Assembly (NCBI GenBank): GCA_041674405.1
Contig: JBAYVT010000002.1
Coordinates: forward strand, 23,158-87,157
DNA length: 64,000 nucleotides
Reading direction: 5' to 3'
Source of the DNA: Patescibacteria group bacterium
GTDB lineage: Bacteria > Patescibacteriota > UBA1384 > XYA2-FULL-43-10
A model generated the notes under the pieces. It did no database searches, was not told the origin of the DNA, and saw only the letters and a list, made by a program, of their open reading frames with translations. Each line of letters begins with the position of its first letter. Position 1 is the stretch's first letter. Of the stretch, positions 20,413 through 30,369 are shown piece by piece. The position numbers were made by a program, and so were the translations under genes.

Positions 20413-21566
20413 ATTACGCTTGTCTTGATATTGCTCACAAATTTATTGTTGTCAAGTGCAATCAAGCCCGGCATCTTTTCACCAGCAAGGTATGAAAGAG
20501 TTGCACCACCGCCTGTTGAAATGAAATTAATATCGCCACGAAGATTGTTTGCATCGATAAACCCAACCGTATCTCCGCCCGCAACAATGGTAGTCCCTTT
20601 GTTTTTGGAAATTGCCTCTGCAATTCTCCTTGTTCCAGTCTCATATCGTTCGTCTTCCGAGTGTCCCAGATTTCCGTTCCAGAACGTCGTAGCAGCAGTC
20701 GCTATTTCAGCCTCAAATTTAGCAATTGTTTCCGGGCCGATATCCATGATTTTGAAACGGCCACCATCAGAATTTTCCCTAGCCTGATCTACCGGTAAAA
20801 CAATTTTATCTTGATATCTCGATAGAATATCCTCACAGGTTTCAAACATTTCCCTTTCATATAATGAATCACTTACGTCTTGGCCAGACGCCGCAAGAAA
20901 AGTATTGGCAATAGCCCCTCCAATTAAAATTTTGTCCGCTTGTCCTGCCAGATTATTTATCAAAGCGGCTTTATCCTTGACTTTTGCTCCGCCCAAAACA
21001 ATCTTATAAGGCTTTTGTGGATTTTGTATCAAAATATCAAGAGTTGTTTTCTCAGACTCAATCAGAAATCCGGCATAGCTTGGAAGATAATTGGTAATCG
21101 CATCTACTGAAGCATGGGCCCTATGGCTTACCCCGAAAGCATCATTAACATAAATATCTGCGTAGCTTGCAAGTTCTTCCCCAAATCTTTCATTGTTGGC
21201 TTCTTCTTCTCTGTGCCATCGCAGATTGCCCAACATAAAAATATCACCAAAAGTCATCTCTGATATTTTTTTGGCGACCAAGGGGTGAATTATGTGATCT
21301 GTCGCATACACTTTCCGTTTTAATAGCTTTGCAAGCTCAGAGGCGAGCGGGATGGTAGAAAGTTCTGGAATAATTTCTCCAGCCGGCTTTCCCAGATGAG
21401 TGGCAATGATAATCTTAGTCCTTCTTTCAAGTAAATACTGGAGAGTTGAAAGAGATTCAACAATTCTATTGTTATCTAAAATCTTACCGTCTTTAATCGG
21501 TACATTATAATCGACGCGAACAAAAATCCGCTTTCCACTAACGTTTGCATCCCTAACGCTAACCAT
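20409..21566 (-). CDS. pgk: Phosphoglycerate kinase
   Basis: RVDYNVPIKDGKI...ATHLGKP...GGGA. Confidence 0.9.
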   Translation of the reverse strand: MVSVRDANVSGKRIFVRVDYNVPIKDGKILDNNRIVESLSTLQYLLERRTKIIIATHLGKPAGEIIPELSTIPLASELAKLLKRKVYATDHIIHPLVAKKISEMTFGDIFMLGNLRWHREEEANNERFGEELASYADIYVNDAFGVSHRAHASVDAITNYLPSYAGFLIESEKTTLDILIQNPQKPYKIVLGGAKVKDKAALINNLAGQADKILIGGAIANTFLAASGQDVSDSLYEREMFETCEDILSRYQDKIVLPVDQARENSDGGRFKIMDIGPETIAKFEAEIATAATTFWNGNLGHSEDERYETGTRRIAEAISKNKGTTIVAGGDTVGFIDANNLRGDINFISTGGGATLSYLAGEKMPGLIALDNNKFVSNIKTSVI

Positions 21567-21727
21567 ATTCCCTCACTTTTACAATTAACCATATTTTACC
21601 ATTGTAAATTTTTACCGTAAATAGATCATGGCGGAGTTCTGTTCGTTTTGATAAAATTAATGTGCGTTCAAAATATTGCGATTTAAAATCAGATTTATAA
21701 TTTTTATCTCTGATTGACGGAGGGGTT

Positions 21728-22660
21728 TTGCCTTACAGGCTTAAAGATCATCATTTAAACCATATATTTAGCATAATAAATAAGTATTATGAAATTTATG
21801 GCGTTTCCAAAAAAAGCAAAAAATTTTCTAGAATTGAAATTGCATCAGATTTAATCTGGATAAACGGCAGATCACAAATGCCACCCAAAAAAGTCTTGTT
21901 TGAAGACCAACAGATAATTTCGGAAGATCTCAATAAAAAGATTGCTTTCGTTGGCATGCCCCTGTGTGATGTCTCGGCCATCCATCATTTAATTTACAAA
22001 TTAAGAGATTCTGGATTAGTACCGGATCGAGATGATCTGTTGCTGATTGCATCTGAATGTAAGCCAGACGATGCTTGTTTTTGTGAATTTTTCGGTACTG
22101 ATAAGCGATCAGGTTTTGATATTTATATTCAAAAAAATAGCAGTGGGTACGATGCATTCTCAGGGACAGCTGCTGGAGAAAAAATTTTAAAAAAATTAGC
22201 GCTAATGCCTGATCACAAATTAAACCTGCGCCCAGTTACCCATAAGTCCCTAAACAAATTGTCCAAGGAAGAAATAACAAAACTGATTGAAAAACGCGGC
22301 CAATTTGATGACTTATGGAACAAGATTGCAAATAACTGCTTTGGTTGTGGCGCCTGCACAGCTGTTTGCCCGCTTTGTTATTGTTTTAGACAAGAAGAGA
22401 AAAATAATTTAGATGGCAGCTGCAAATCTTGCATAAATTGGGATTCTTGCTTTGCAAAAGAATTTTCCGAAGTACAAAATAGAGCTGATTTACGGCCTCA
22501 AAATGTTGACCGGCTATATAATTGGTATCATCACAAATTTGTCCGCTCCCCTTATCTTTGCGTCGGATGTGGACGATGTATCAAGGCTTGCCCTGCAAAT
22601 TTAAATATTAAAAATATTCTTTTATCAATTGAAAAGTTAGGCGAAAAAAGTGATGAATAG
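21728..22660 (+). CDS. Hydrogenase iron-sulfur subunit (HydB-like; two 4Fe-4S ferredoxin motifs plus additional Cys clusters)
   Basis: CFGCGACTAVCP and CVGCGRCIKACP. The start is uncertain: the listed TTG could be replaced by an in-frame ATG at 21878. Confidence 0.6.
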   Translation: MPYRLKDHHLNHIFSIINKYYEIYGVSKKSKKFSRIEIASDLIWINGRSQMPPKKVLFEDQQIISEDLNKKIAFVGMPLCDVSAIHHLIYKLRDSGLVPDRDDLLLIASECKPDDACFCEFFGTDKRSGFDIYIQKNSSGYDAFSGTAAGEKILKKLALMPDHKLNLRPVTHKSLNKLSKEEITKLIEKRGQFDDLWNKIANNCFGCGACTAVCPLCYCFRQEEKNNLDGSCKSCINWDSCFAKEFSEVQNRADLRPQNVDRLYNWYHHKFVRSPYLCVGCGRCIKACPANLNIKNILLSIEKLGEKSDE

Positions 22661-23450
22661 CCCTTTTTCATATCGTGAATATAAAATTACTAACAAAACT
22701 GAAGTTGCTCCAGATACATTTCTGTTTCGACTTAGAGGAAAATTGAAATTTGATCCAGGGCAATTTGTCCAGGTAAAATTTCCCCATATCGGAGAAGTGA
22801 CTCTGGTTCCCTGCTCTAAAAAAGATGAAAAAACATATTTTGAACTTTGCGTTCGCAGAGCCGGAAATACGACCGAAAAAATATCTGAAAAGGTACCGGG
22901 TGATTCGATGTTTGTTCGAGGGCCATATGGGCACGGATGGCCAATCGGCAAAACATTGGAAAAAGATATTTTGCTGATTTCCGGCGGCATCGGAATCATC
23001 CCGCTTATGCCGCTTATGGATGAACTGGTGAAATATCGAGGTAATTTTGGGAAAATCTACTTTCTCGCCGGATTTAAAACTCCGCACCACGTCATGTTTG
23101 AACAGGATCTTTTGCGTTACAAAAAGAAAATAAGCTATTTCAAGGTTGCGGTCGAAAAAACCGACAGAGATTGGTGGGGTGAAAATTGTATGATCACCGA
23201 CTTGATTAAAAACACAAATCTGAGTCCAAATATCAATGTATTTCTATGTGGTCCGGAAATTATGTTTCGCCCCTGCGTCGATGTTCTATTACAAAAAAAA
23301 ATTAATCCGAAAAATATTTACGTTTCTTTCGAGCGAAGAATGGAATGCGGGATCGGTTTTTGCCAACATTGTACTATAGGCAAGTATAAAGTTTGTGAGG
23401 ATGGCCCCATATTTACCTGGAGCAAAATAGCACCGGAGTTAGAAAAATGA
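22650..23450 (+). CDS. Hydrogenase FAD/NAD(P)-binding subunit with a C-terminal 2Fe-2S site (HydG/AsrB/PyrK-like)
   Basis: Ferredoxin-reductase-type fold, and C-terminal CGIGFCQHC...C. Confidence 0.7.
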   Translation: MMNSPFSYREYKITNKTEVAPDTFLFRLRGKLKFDPGQFVQVKFPHIGEVTLVPCSKKDEKTYFELCVRRAGNTTEKISEKVPGDSMFVRGPYGHGWPIGKTLEKDILLISGGIGIIPLMPLMDELVKYRGNFGKIYFLAGFKTPHHVMFEQDLLRYKKKISYFKVAVEKTDRDWWGENCMITDLIKNTNLSPNINVFLCGPEIMFRPCVDVLLQKKINPKNIYVSFERRMECGIGFCQHCTIGKYKVCEDGPIFTWSKIAPELEK

Positions 23451-24178
23451 ATGCAATATTCCCCAAAAAAACACTAGGAATTTTTTCTCTCACTTGTTGC
23501 GAAGGTTGCCAATTTTCGCTGTTAAAGGACTTTGTTGGTTTTGAAAAAATCACAAGATTTTATGAAATAAAAAGTTTTCGCCTCGGGCAAGAAGAAAATG
23601 ACGAATGCTTTTTTGATGTTTCGCTTGTTGAGGGAACACCCGAGTCAACTCGGGAACTTGAGCATTTGAAAAAGATAAGAAAAGTATCGAAAGCAGTTGT
23701 TTCAATTGGCGCTTGTGCACATTTAGGCGGTATTCAATCAGAGCGAAATCGCTTACCTAAAAAATACATCGGAAAAGAAAAAGTTAAAAAAATTAGTGAC
23801 ATAATAAAAGTAGATTTGGTTATTCCTGGCTGCCCGATTTCCCACAAGGAGGCAGTGGCCGCCCTTCTTGACACATATTGGGGCAAAAAATTTCGGCCGA
23901 AGGATTATGCCGTATGTTTCGAATGTAGAAAAAATGAAAATGAATGCTTGATAAAAAATGGCAGACCCTGCCTGGGCCCGATCACCCGGGGAGGATGTGA
24001 TAGTGTTTGTATAAATGGTGGAGAATTGTGTCTTGGGTGCCGCGGTGCGTTAGATCAAACGAATTTTAATAAAATTAAAGAAATACTAAACCCGATGATC
24101 GGAGAAGACAAAACGAATAATCTCCTTACCATATATGGAGACCTGGAACAAGAATGGAAAGATCAGGACAGACAATGA
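23447..24178 (+). CDS. [NiFe] hydrogenase small subunit (HydD-like)
   Basis: CCEGCQ proximal-cluster motif, GACAHLGG, PGCPIS. Confidence 0.75.
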   Translation: MNAIFPKKTLGIFSLTCCEGCQFSLLKDFVGFEKITRFYEIKSFRLGQEENDECFFDVSLVEGTPESTRELEHLKKIRKVSKAVVSIGACAHLGGIQSERNRLPKKYIGKEKVKKISDIIKVDLVIPGCPISHKEAVAALLDTYWGKKFRPKDYAVCFECRKNENECLIKNGRPCLGPITRGGCDSVCINGGELCLGCRGALDQTNFNKIKEILNPMIGEDKTNNLLTIYGDLEQEWKDQDRQ

Positions 24179-25092
24179 AATTTGAAGAATTAAAGAAAAT
24201 ACTAGCAAGTAAAATAGAATTTAAAGATTTTGACGACCCTGATGTCGTAAAAATTAATGCCGGTATAGTAAGTAATCATAAATATAAAATTAAAAGCCAC
24301 AATTCGAGTTTTTTTGTAAAAGAGATCAAAGACAACGAGGCAAATATTCTCAAAATATTAGATATGATTGATCTAGATTTCTATCCCAAAATCTTATATC
24401 TTGATCTACTCGATAAAAATATCCTCGTCTCCGAATTTATTGAGGGTGACGCACTGCAATCTTGGGAGATTCAGGACAATCTTCTGCTAGGTTTTACCCA
24501 AATGCAAAATTTGATGAATAATATTAGTTTCCTCAAAGAAAAAGAAATATTTGGTATTTCGAATTTTAGCGAAACTGATGGTGGTTTTTTCCGAAATCAA
24601 ATAACAGAAAATTTTTTATATGGATTGGAAACACTTGATGACTTGTCAAAAACTAATTTGCCAATCGTAAAAAAACACTTCGAGTTGGTATCTTTTTTGA
24701 AGAAAGATAAGCAAAAAATATTTGATGATTTTTCAAACATGCCGTTTGCGAGGCAACATCACGATTTCAAGCAGGACAACATCATTGGAAATCCACAAAA
24801 ATTGGTTGATTGGGGATCTTCTTATGGATATGGGCCATTTTTGTTTGATCTTGCTCCTTTTTTGTTAAACAATAAAAACCAATTAGAACTATACAAATCA
24901 AAATCAGATGTCTGCAAGGGCTTTACAGACCGCCAGATAAATCGCTGGCTTTATGTCGCCGCTGTAGCAAGATATATGGAAGATTTGAGATATAGAATTA
25001 GCGATAATGGATGGAATTCGTCTAAAGAAAAATGCGAACGCTTTCTTGAGAGCGAGTATGATAATTATCAGTCATTGCTTGATAAAATATAG
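24175..25092 (+). CDS. APH/choline-kinase-fold phosphotransferase (kinase-like)
   Basis: Lys in FFVKEIKD, Glu in EANILKIL, catalytic loop HHDFKQDN (HxDxxxxN), and DWG (DFG equivalent). Its ATG overlaps the hydD TGA (ATGA). An AGGAGA SD for hydA follows. Confidence 0.55.
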   Translation: MKFEELKKILASKIEFKDFDDPDVVKINAGIVSNHKYKIKSHNSSFFVKEIKDNEANILKILDMIDLDFYPKILYLDLLDKNILVSEFIEGDALQSWEIQDNLLLGFTQMQNLMNNISFLKEKEIFGISNFSETDGGFFRNQITENFLYGLETLDDLSKTNLPIVKKHFELVSFLKKDKQKIFDDFSNMPFARQHHDFKQDNIIGNPQKLVDWGSSYGYGPFLFDLAPFLLNNKNQLELYKSKSDVCKGFTDRQINRWLYVAAVARYMEDLRYRISDNGWNSSKEKCERFLESEYDNYQSLLDKI

Positions 25093-25114
25093 CTAAAATT
25101 TCAGGAGATAGATC

Positions 25115-26362
25115 ATGAGTTCATCAGTTCCCAAAATTGAAGGACACGCTACTTTTTACGCCCATCTTCGTGCCGGAAAAGTTGACAAGGCCAGAATTAT
25201 TGGCCTTGATGGAGATCGGTTTGTTGAAAAAATATTATTCGGGCGCAGCTATATGGAAGTACCAGTAATTACCTCTCGCATCTGTGGTATATGCCCCGTA
25301 ATTCACAATGTTACCTCAACCAAAGCTGTGGAAAATGCTCTCGATATCAAGGTTTCCGAACAAGTAGAAACACTGCGGAAACTAATGCTCTGTGGCCAGA
25401 TGGTTCAGAGCCACTCGCTTCATCTATACCTTCTGGTTCTTCCCGATTTCATGGGAATGTCTTCCTCTTTCGAGCTTCAAAAAAAGCACCCGGATATTTT
25501 TGCCGATGCAGTTGCCCTAAAATCATATGCCGATAGTATTATTGAGATAATCGGAGGCAGGGCAGTTCATCCGGTTTCGAACGTACCTGGCGGTTTCAAA
25601 AAATTTCCGGAAATTTCTGAATTACGGAAATTACTGGAAGAAAGTAAAAAGATGACCGATCTTGGGATTAAAACATTAAAGCTTTTTCAGTCATTTAATT
25701 ATCCTGAAATTTCCCGCAAGATAATTTACTCGGCGTTGTCTGACCTGAATGAATATGCTTTCTATGGCGGAGAAATCAAGACCACGAGCGGTGAGAATTT
25801 TAAAGCAAAAGATTATAAAAAATATATTTACGAAGAAATTCTGCCATATAATCGTGCGAAATTTGGAACGCTCAAGGGCAAAGAAATGATGGTTGGCGCA
25901 ATTGCCCGGATTAATCTCAACAAGAAACAATTGGAAAAAGAAATTGGAAGTTTGAAGGAACTTGGTGTAGGTGAAGAGCTGTCCGATAATCCATTCGGTA
26001 ACATAATTGCCCAAGCAATTGAAAACTATTATTTTATCGTAAAATCAGAAGCGATAATTGAAAAATTAATTAAAGAGGGTATTTCCGAAGAGTCAATAGT
26101 TGAACCAAAAAAAATTGATGAAGGAGTTGCTGCTTGCGAAGCACCGCGTGGAACGCTGTTTCACTACTACAAATTTGACAAAGAAGGTATGCTTGAAAAG
26201 TGTGATATTGTTACGCCAACCGTACAAAATCTGCCAGCATTGGAATATGACATGAAAAAACTCGGCCCCTTTCTCAAGGACTTGGACGAAACAGAGAGAA
26301 CAGAAATGATTGAGATGCTTATTCGTTCATATGACCCATGCATCACTTGCGCCACACATTAA
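25115..26362 (+). CDS. [NiFe] hydrogenase large subunit (group-3b-like)
   Basis: N-terminal RICGICPVIH and C-terminal DPCITCATH immediately followed by the stop codon. Confidence 0.85.
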   Translation: MSSSVPKIEGHATFYAHLRAGKVDKARIIGLDGDRFVEKILFGRSYMEVPVITSRICGICPVIHNVTSTKAVENALDIKVSEQVETLRKLMLCGQMVQSHSLHLYLLVLPDFMGMSSSFELQKKHPDIFADAVALKSYADSIIEIIGGRAVHPVSNVPGGFKKFPEISELRKLLEESKKMTDLGIKTLKLFQSFNYPEISRKIIYSALSDLNEYAFYGGEIKTTSGENFKAKDYKKYIYEEILPYNRAKFGTLKGKEMMVGAIARINLNKKQLEKEIGSLKELGVGEELSDNPFGNIIAQAIENYYFIVKSEAIIEKLIKEGISEESIVEPKKIDEGVAACEAPRGTLFHYYKFDKEGMLEKCDIVTPTVQNLPALEYDMKKLGPFLKDLDETERTEMIEMLIRSYDPCITCATH

Positions 26363-26468
26363 TACAGAAATGAATAGCCCCAAAGGGGACCGTTCGGGTC
26401 GAATCTGAACCAATAGCAAATATACGAATTATTAGTAAATTAACCATCAGTATATTAGCAATCGATTT

Positions 26469-27350
26469 ATGAATGCAATCATTGAAATCAAAAAACTGAC
26501 AAAATATTATGGCAAAACCCTCGGGATTAAAAGCCTTGATTTGGATGTAATTGAAGGAGAAATATTTGGTTTTATCGGGCCAAATGGCGCTGGCAAATCT
26601 ACAACGATCAGGCTTTTGCTAGATTTAATTCGGCCAACAGCGGGAAGTGCAAAAATTTTTGGCAAAGATATCCACCGCCATAGTGTGGAGCTTAAACAAG
26701 ATATCGGCTATTTGCCAGGAGAAATATTTTTGCCGGAAAATCTCACCGGTAAAAGCTGTATTAATTATTTTAAATCCTTCAAGGAAACAATTGATGACAG
26801 ATATCTTAAAGATTTAAAATCTCGTTTTGAATTTGATGATAAGAAAAAGATTTCCCAGTATTCCAAAGGCAATAAGCAAAAATTAGCAATAATTTTAGCC
26901 CTGATGCACAAGCCGAAACTCCTAATTCTAGACGAACCGACAAGCGGGCTCGACCCCTTAAACCAGCAAGAATTTTACAAGGTTATCACCGAAACAAAGG
27001 AGTGGAGAACAACAACTTTTTTCTCAACTCATATTTTGGATGAGGCTGAATTTCTTTGCGATCGAGTCGGAATCATTAAGGATGGCCGTCTGCTCCAGAT
27101 TGAAGACATCGACAAATTTAAAGAAAAAAATATTCGTGAAATAAATCTGGAAACCACCGCAGATATTCCTCTTTCGGCCTTGAAAATTGATGGCGTCGAA
27201 AAGACGGAAAAAACTGATCATGGCTATCGCCTAATCACCAAGGGCCATAACGGCGAATTGATAAAAATCATTTCGAAATTTGCAATCGATGACATTAAAA
27301 TATCCGAACCATCGCTTGAAGAAATATTTATGCATTTTTACGAAAAATAA
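26469..27350 (+). CDS. ABC transporter ATP-binding protein
   Basis: Walker A GPNGAGKST, signature YSKGNKQKL, Walker B LLILDEPTSGLD. Confidence 0.85.
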   Translation: MNAIIEIKKLTKYYGKTLGIKSLDLDVIEGEIFGFIGPNGAGKSTTIRLLLDLIRPTAGSAKIFGKDIHRHSVELKQDIGYLPGEIFLPENLTGKSCINYFKSFKETIDDRYLKDLKSRFEFDDKKKISQYSKGNKQKLAIILALMHKPKLLILDEPTSGLDPLNQQEFYKVITETKEWRTTTFFSTHILDEAEFLCDRVGIIKDGRLLQIEDIDKFKEKNIREINLETTADIPLSALKIDGVEKTEKTDHGYRLITKGHNGELIKIISKFAIDDIKISEPSLEEIFMHFYEK

Positions 27351-27447
27351 CTAATAGCTAGAAACTAAAATGTAAAATCTAAGGATGGGTCGTTAAATAA
27401 TTGTTTTGATAAAATATGGTTTTAAGTTTTAACATTTAAGTTATTAC

Positions 27448-28251
27448 ATGGATAATATGATCGCAATAATGTACAGAAAATTTATTGACCAAGCGATTTC
27501 ACTTCTATATTATTTTGGCGGCCTACTCGCCTACTCCTGGATGATGATCGCCATGTTTCCAACAATGAAGACGGCAGATCTGGCCGGTATTTACAACCAA
27601 TTTCCCAAAGAATTTCTAAAGTTTTTTGGCGCCAACGGGATTGAAAGCATGGGAACGGTAGAAGGTTTTTTATCTATAGAATTTCTTTCGCTGTTTTTTA
27701 TACTAATTATCGCTTTTTATATCGGCTCGTCCGCCGGATCAACCATAGCTGGCGCAATCGAAAAAAGGACAATGGATTTTCAGCTATCACAGCCAATTTC
27801 TCGGGCTAAGCTTTTACTCAGTGAGACAATCGTCGGGCTCCTCAACACTGCACTTTTGGTATTTGCCACTTCAGGCAGTATCTATATTCTTGCAAAGGCA
27901 TACGATGTTTCAATGAGCACTCGGGGAATCTTCGTTTTTGCTTTTGTGGCGATAATATTCTTATGGGCATTTTACGGGTTAGCAGTTTTGATTTCTTCCA
28001 TCTTGCGCAGCAAAATCACCGTTGCCTCGATAACGGTATCTATTATCATGGGCTTGTATATATTGAATGCTCTTTCGAAAATCGTGGATAAACTGGCAAA
28101 GATCGAAAAATACACATTGTTTAATATGTATAATCCACAAAAACTTTTGACCGATCACATCATAAACTGGCACCAGATCGAATTCTTGCTTTTAGTTCTT
28201 GTGGTTGGAATAATTAGTTCAATATTGATATTTAATAATAAAGATATCTAG
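27448..28251 (+). CDS. ABC-2-type permease
   Basis: Six TM helices, downstream of the ATPase. Confidence 0.6.
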   Translation: MDNMIAIMYRKFIDQAISLLYYFGGLLAYSWMMIAMFPTMKTADLAGIYNQFPKEFLKFFGANGIESMGTVEGFLSIEFLSLFFILIIAFYIGSSAGSTIAGAIEKRTMDFQLSQPISRAKLLLSETIVGLLNTALLVFATSGSIYILAKAYDVSMSTRGIFVFAFVAIIFLWAFYGLAVLISSILRSKITVASITVSIIMGLYILNALSKIVDKLAKIEKYTLFNMYNPQKLLTDHIINWHQIEFLLLVLVVGIISSILIFNNKDI

Positions 28252-28305
28252 CTATTTGGTTAACGAGATCGGCGATTCGTATAAAATTTATCCGTTCGCC
28301 ATATT

Positions 28306-29094
28306 TTATGGTTTCCTAGAAACGAAAACTAATCCGATCGGGTAGGTTTTTGGAAACTTAGGTTGTTTTTCAAGAAGTTCGGCGGTTACTTCCGGCTCTA
28401 ACATTTTTTCAACCACAAACCCCGCTTTAATCAAAGAATTAAAATAATCAGAAATCGGCCGTTGATAATGTTCAATCTCGTAAACCTTTTGGTATTTTTG
28501 AGCAACATCAACATCCCGAATCTTACTGTTGTCCATTGTAAATTTCGAGTATCCCCTACTAAAATACCCTTTCGATCCCCGAATGGTCCTCTCTTTCCCG
28601 TCGGCTTGTCCCCGCAAATAGGTAACGAGATCCCATACAGGGTGAGTGATTGCAAACAAAAACCGTCCTCCGTTTTTCAAGGTTTTAAAAGCCTGGGACG
28701 TAACAAAGTCAATCTCTTCGAGTTCGTTCAGCAAGAAACCTGAAAAAATTACATCTACGGAATTCGGTTTTATTTTCCAGGGTTTGGTAACATCTTGTTC
28801 AATAAATTCGGCTATATTGGTCTGAACTCTTTTTCTCGCAAAATCCAAATTATGGGGAGATATGTCGATTAGAATTAGTCGATCTGGGTTCTGACCCTCA
28901 ATTTGCGAACTGAAATAACCGTTGCCGCACCCCAAATCAACCACCGTCTTCCCGTTTAACGTTCCAATCTCAGATAATAATTGCGGGTTGAGCACATATT
29001 GTTTGTAGACCCCGCCATTATCTCCGGTCGCTTCGTTCCAAAAACTCGCAAATTCAGGATCTAAATATGCAGAAATCGCATTATTCTGTGTCAT
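28306..29094 (-). CDS. Class I SAM-dependent methyltransferase
   Basis: VVDLGCGNGYFS motif I, DVIFSGF. Confidence 0.7.
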   Translation of the reverse strand: MTQNNAISAYLDPEFASFWNEATGDNGGVYKQYVLNPQLLSEIGTLNGKTVVDLGCGNGYFSSQIEGQNPDRLILIDISPHNLDFARKRVQTNIAEFIEQDVTKPWKIKPNSVDVIFSGFLLNELEEIDFVTSQAFKTLKNGGRFLFAITHPVWDLVTYLRGQADGKERTIRGSKGYFSRGYSKFTMDNSKIRDVDVAQKYQKVYEIEHYQRPISDYFNSLIKAGFVVEKMLEPEVTAELLEKQPKFPKTYPIGLVFVSRKP

Positions 29095-29314
29095 GGTGGT
29101 CCATTTCTTTATGGGTTTTTATAAATTTTAAGTTCTCTTTTGCTTCGGTTTCGGAGATTTTTGAAAGTGCCCTGCCGTCGTGCATCAAAATCCAATCCCC
29201 GACTTTAGGATTTTGAACTAGAGAAATATCGGCCTTGTATTCTTCACCCTCATAATCAAAAAGGGCAATTGCCCCTTTGATTTCTTTGATTTTTCCAGGT
29301 ATTGCTAAACACAT
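29081..29314 (-). CDS. hypC: [NiFe] hydrogenase maturation factor HypC/HupF
   Basis: MCLAIPGKIKEI... with the conserved N-terminal Met-Cys, and VGDWILMHDGRAL. The start is trimmed to the MC motif (ATG at 29312-29314). Confidence 0.75.
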   Translation of the reverse strand: MCLAIPGKIKEIKGAIALFDYEGEEYKADISLVQNPKVGDWILMHDGRALSKISETEAKENLKFIKTHKEMDHHDTE

Positions 29315-29370
29315 GGTCACTACACTCCAAATCAAAAATCAAAATTTAAAAATCAAAAAATTGGAATTAT

Positions 29371-30369
29371 TTATTTTGAATTTGTTACCCGCTCCACCAT
29401 ATCCACAAGCCTCTCTGAGTATCCCCACTCGTTGTCATACCAGGCAATTATTTTAACAAGATCTCCACCGATCACGCATGTTAATGGTAGGTCGACTATC
29501 GATGAATATGGATTTTGTTTAAGGTCGCTTGATACCAGCGGCTCTTCTGAAACCTGAATTATTCCTTTGTGGCTGCCATCTGCAGCCTTTTTAAGTGCTT
29601 CATTAATATCATCGACTGAAACTTTTTTGGAAAGAACCGCAACGATATCAGAGAGCGAAACCACCGGGGATGGAACACGGATCGATAAGCCGTCAAATTT
29701 ATTCTTAAGCTTGGGTATTGTCAAAGTCGCTGCTATTGCCGCACCTGTCGTAGTCGGAACAATATTTTGGGCTGCAGCGCGAGCCCGGCGCAGGTCTTTA
29801 TGCGGACCGTCAACCAAATTTTGGTCAGCCGTATAGGAATGAATCGTTGTCATCATTGATTTTTCAACGCCAAATTCATCCTCAATCACCTTCATCACCG
29901 GCGCGATACAATTGGTTGTACAGGAAGCATTTGAGACAATACTCTCGTCATCGTATTTATCAGCATTAGCGCCGATCACGAAAGTCGGAACCGAATCATC
30001 CTTTGCCGGCGCGGACAAAACAACTTTTTTGGCGCCGGCTTCCAAATGGGCTTTTGCCAAATCATTAGTCAAAAATATACCGGTCGACTCGATGACAACA
30101 TCGATATCAAGTACTTTCCATGGCAAAGCTCCCGGATTTTTCTCCGAAAGGTAATGGATTTTCTTGTTATTGACGATAATCTCATTATCAGAAAAGCCAA
30201 CTTCCCGGTCGTAAATACCGTAGCATGTGTCGTATTTTAAAAGATGGGCTTGGGTTTCTGCCGGGCACAGGTCATTTAAAGCGACAAGCTCAACATTCGG
30301 CCGGTCCAAAATTATCTTCGCCGCCGCCCGGCCGATCCGTCCAAAGCCATTAATTGCTACTCGCAGCAT
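29371..30369 (-). CDS. gap: Glyceraldehyde-3-phosphate dehydrogenase
   Basis: INGFGRIGR and the ASCTTNC active site. The start is trimmed to MLRVAINGFG with SD GAAGGAGGTGG. Confidence 0.9.
   Translation of the reverse strand: MLRVAINGFGRIGRAAAKIILDRPNVELVALNDLCPAETQAHLLKYDTCYGIYDREVGFSDNEIIVNNKKIHYLSEKNPGALPWKVLDIDVVIESTGIFLTNDLAKAHLEAGAKKVVLSAPAKDDSVPTFVIGANADKYDDESIVSNASCTTNCIAPVMKVIEDEFGVEKSMMTTIHSYTADQNLVDGPHKDLRRARAAAQNIVPTTTGAAIAATLTIPKLKNKFDGLSIRVPSPVVSLSDIVAVLSKKVSVDDINEALKKAADGSHKGIIQVSEEPLVSSDLKQNPYSSIVDLPLTCVIGGDLVKIIAWYDNEWGYSERLVDMVERVTNSK

Noticed and set aside
26363-26468. Possible terminator after the hydrogenase operon (CCCC-aaa-GGGG, GACC-gttc-GGTC)
   Set aside because: The stems are only 4 bp with no U-tract, so too weak to call.
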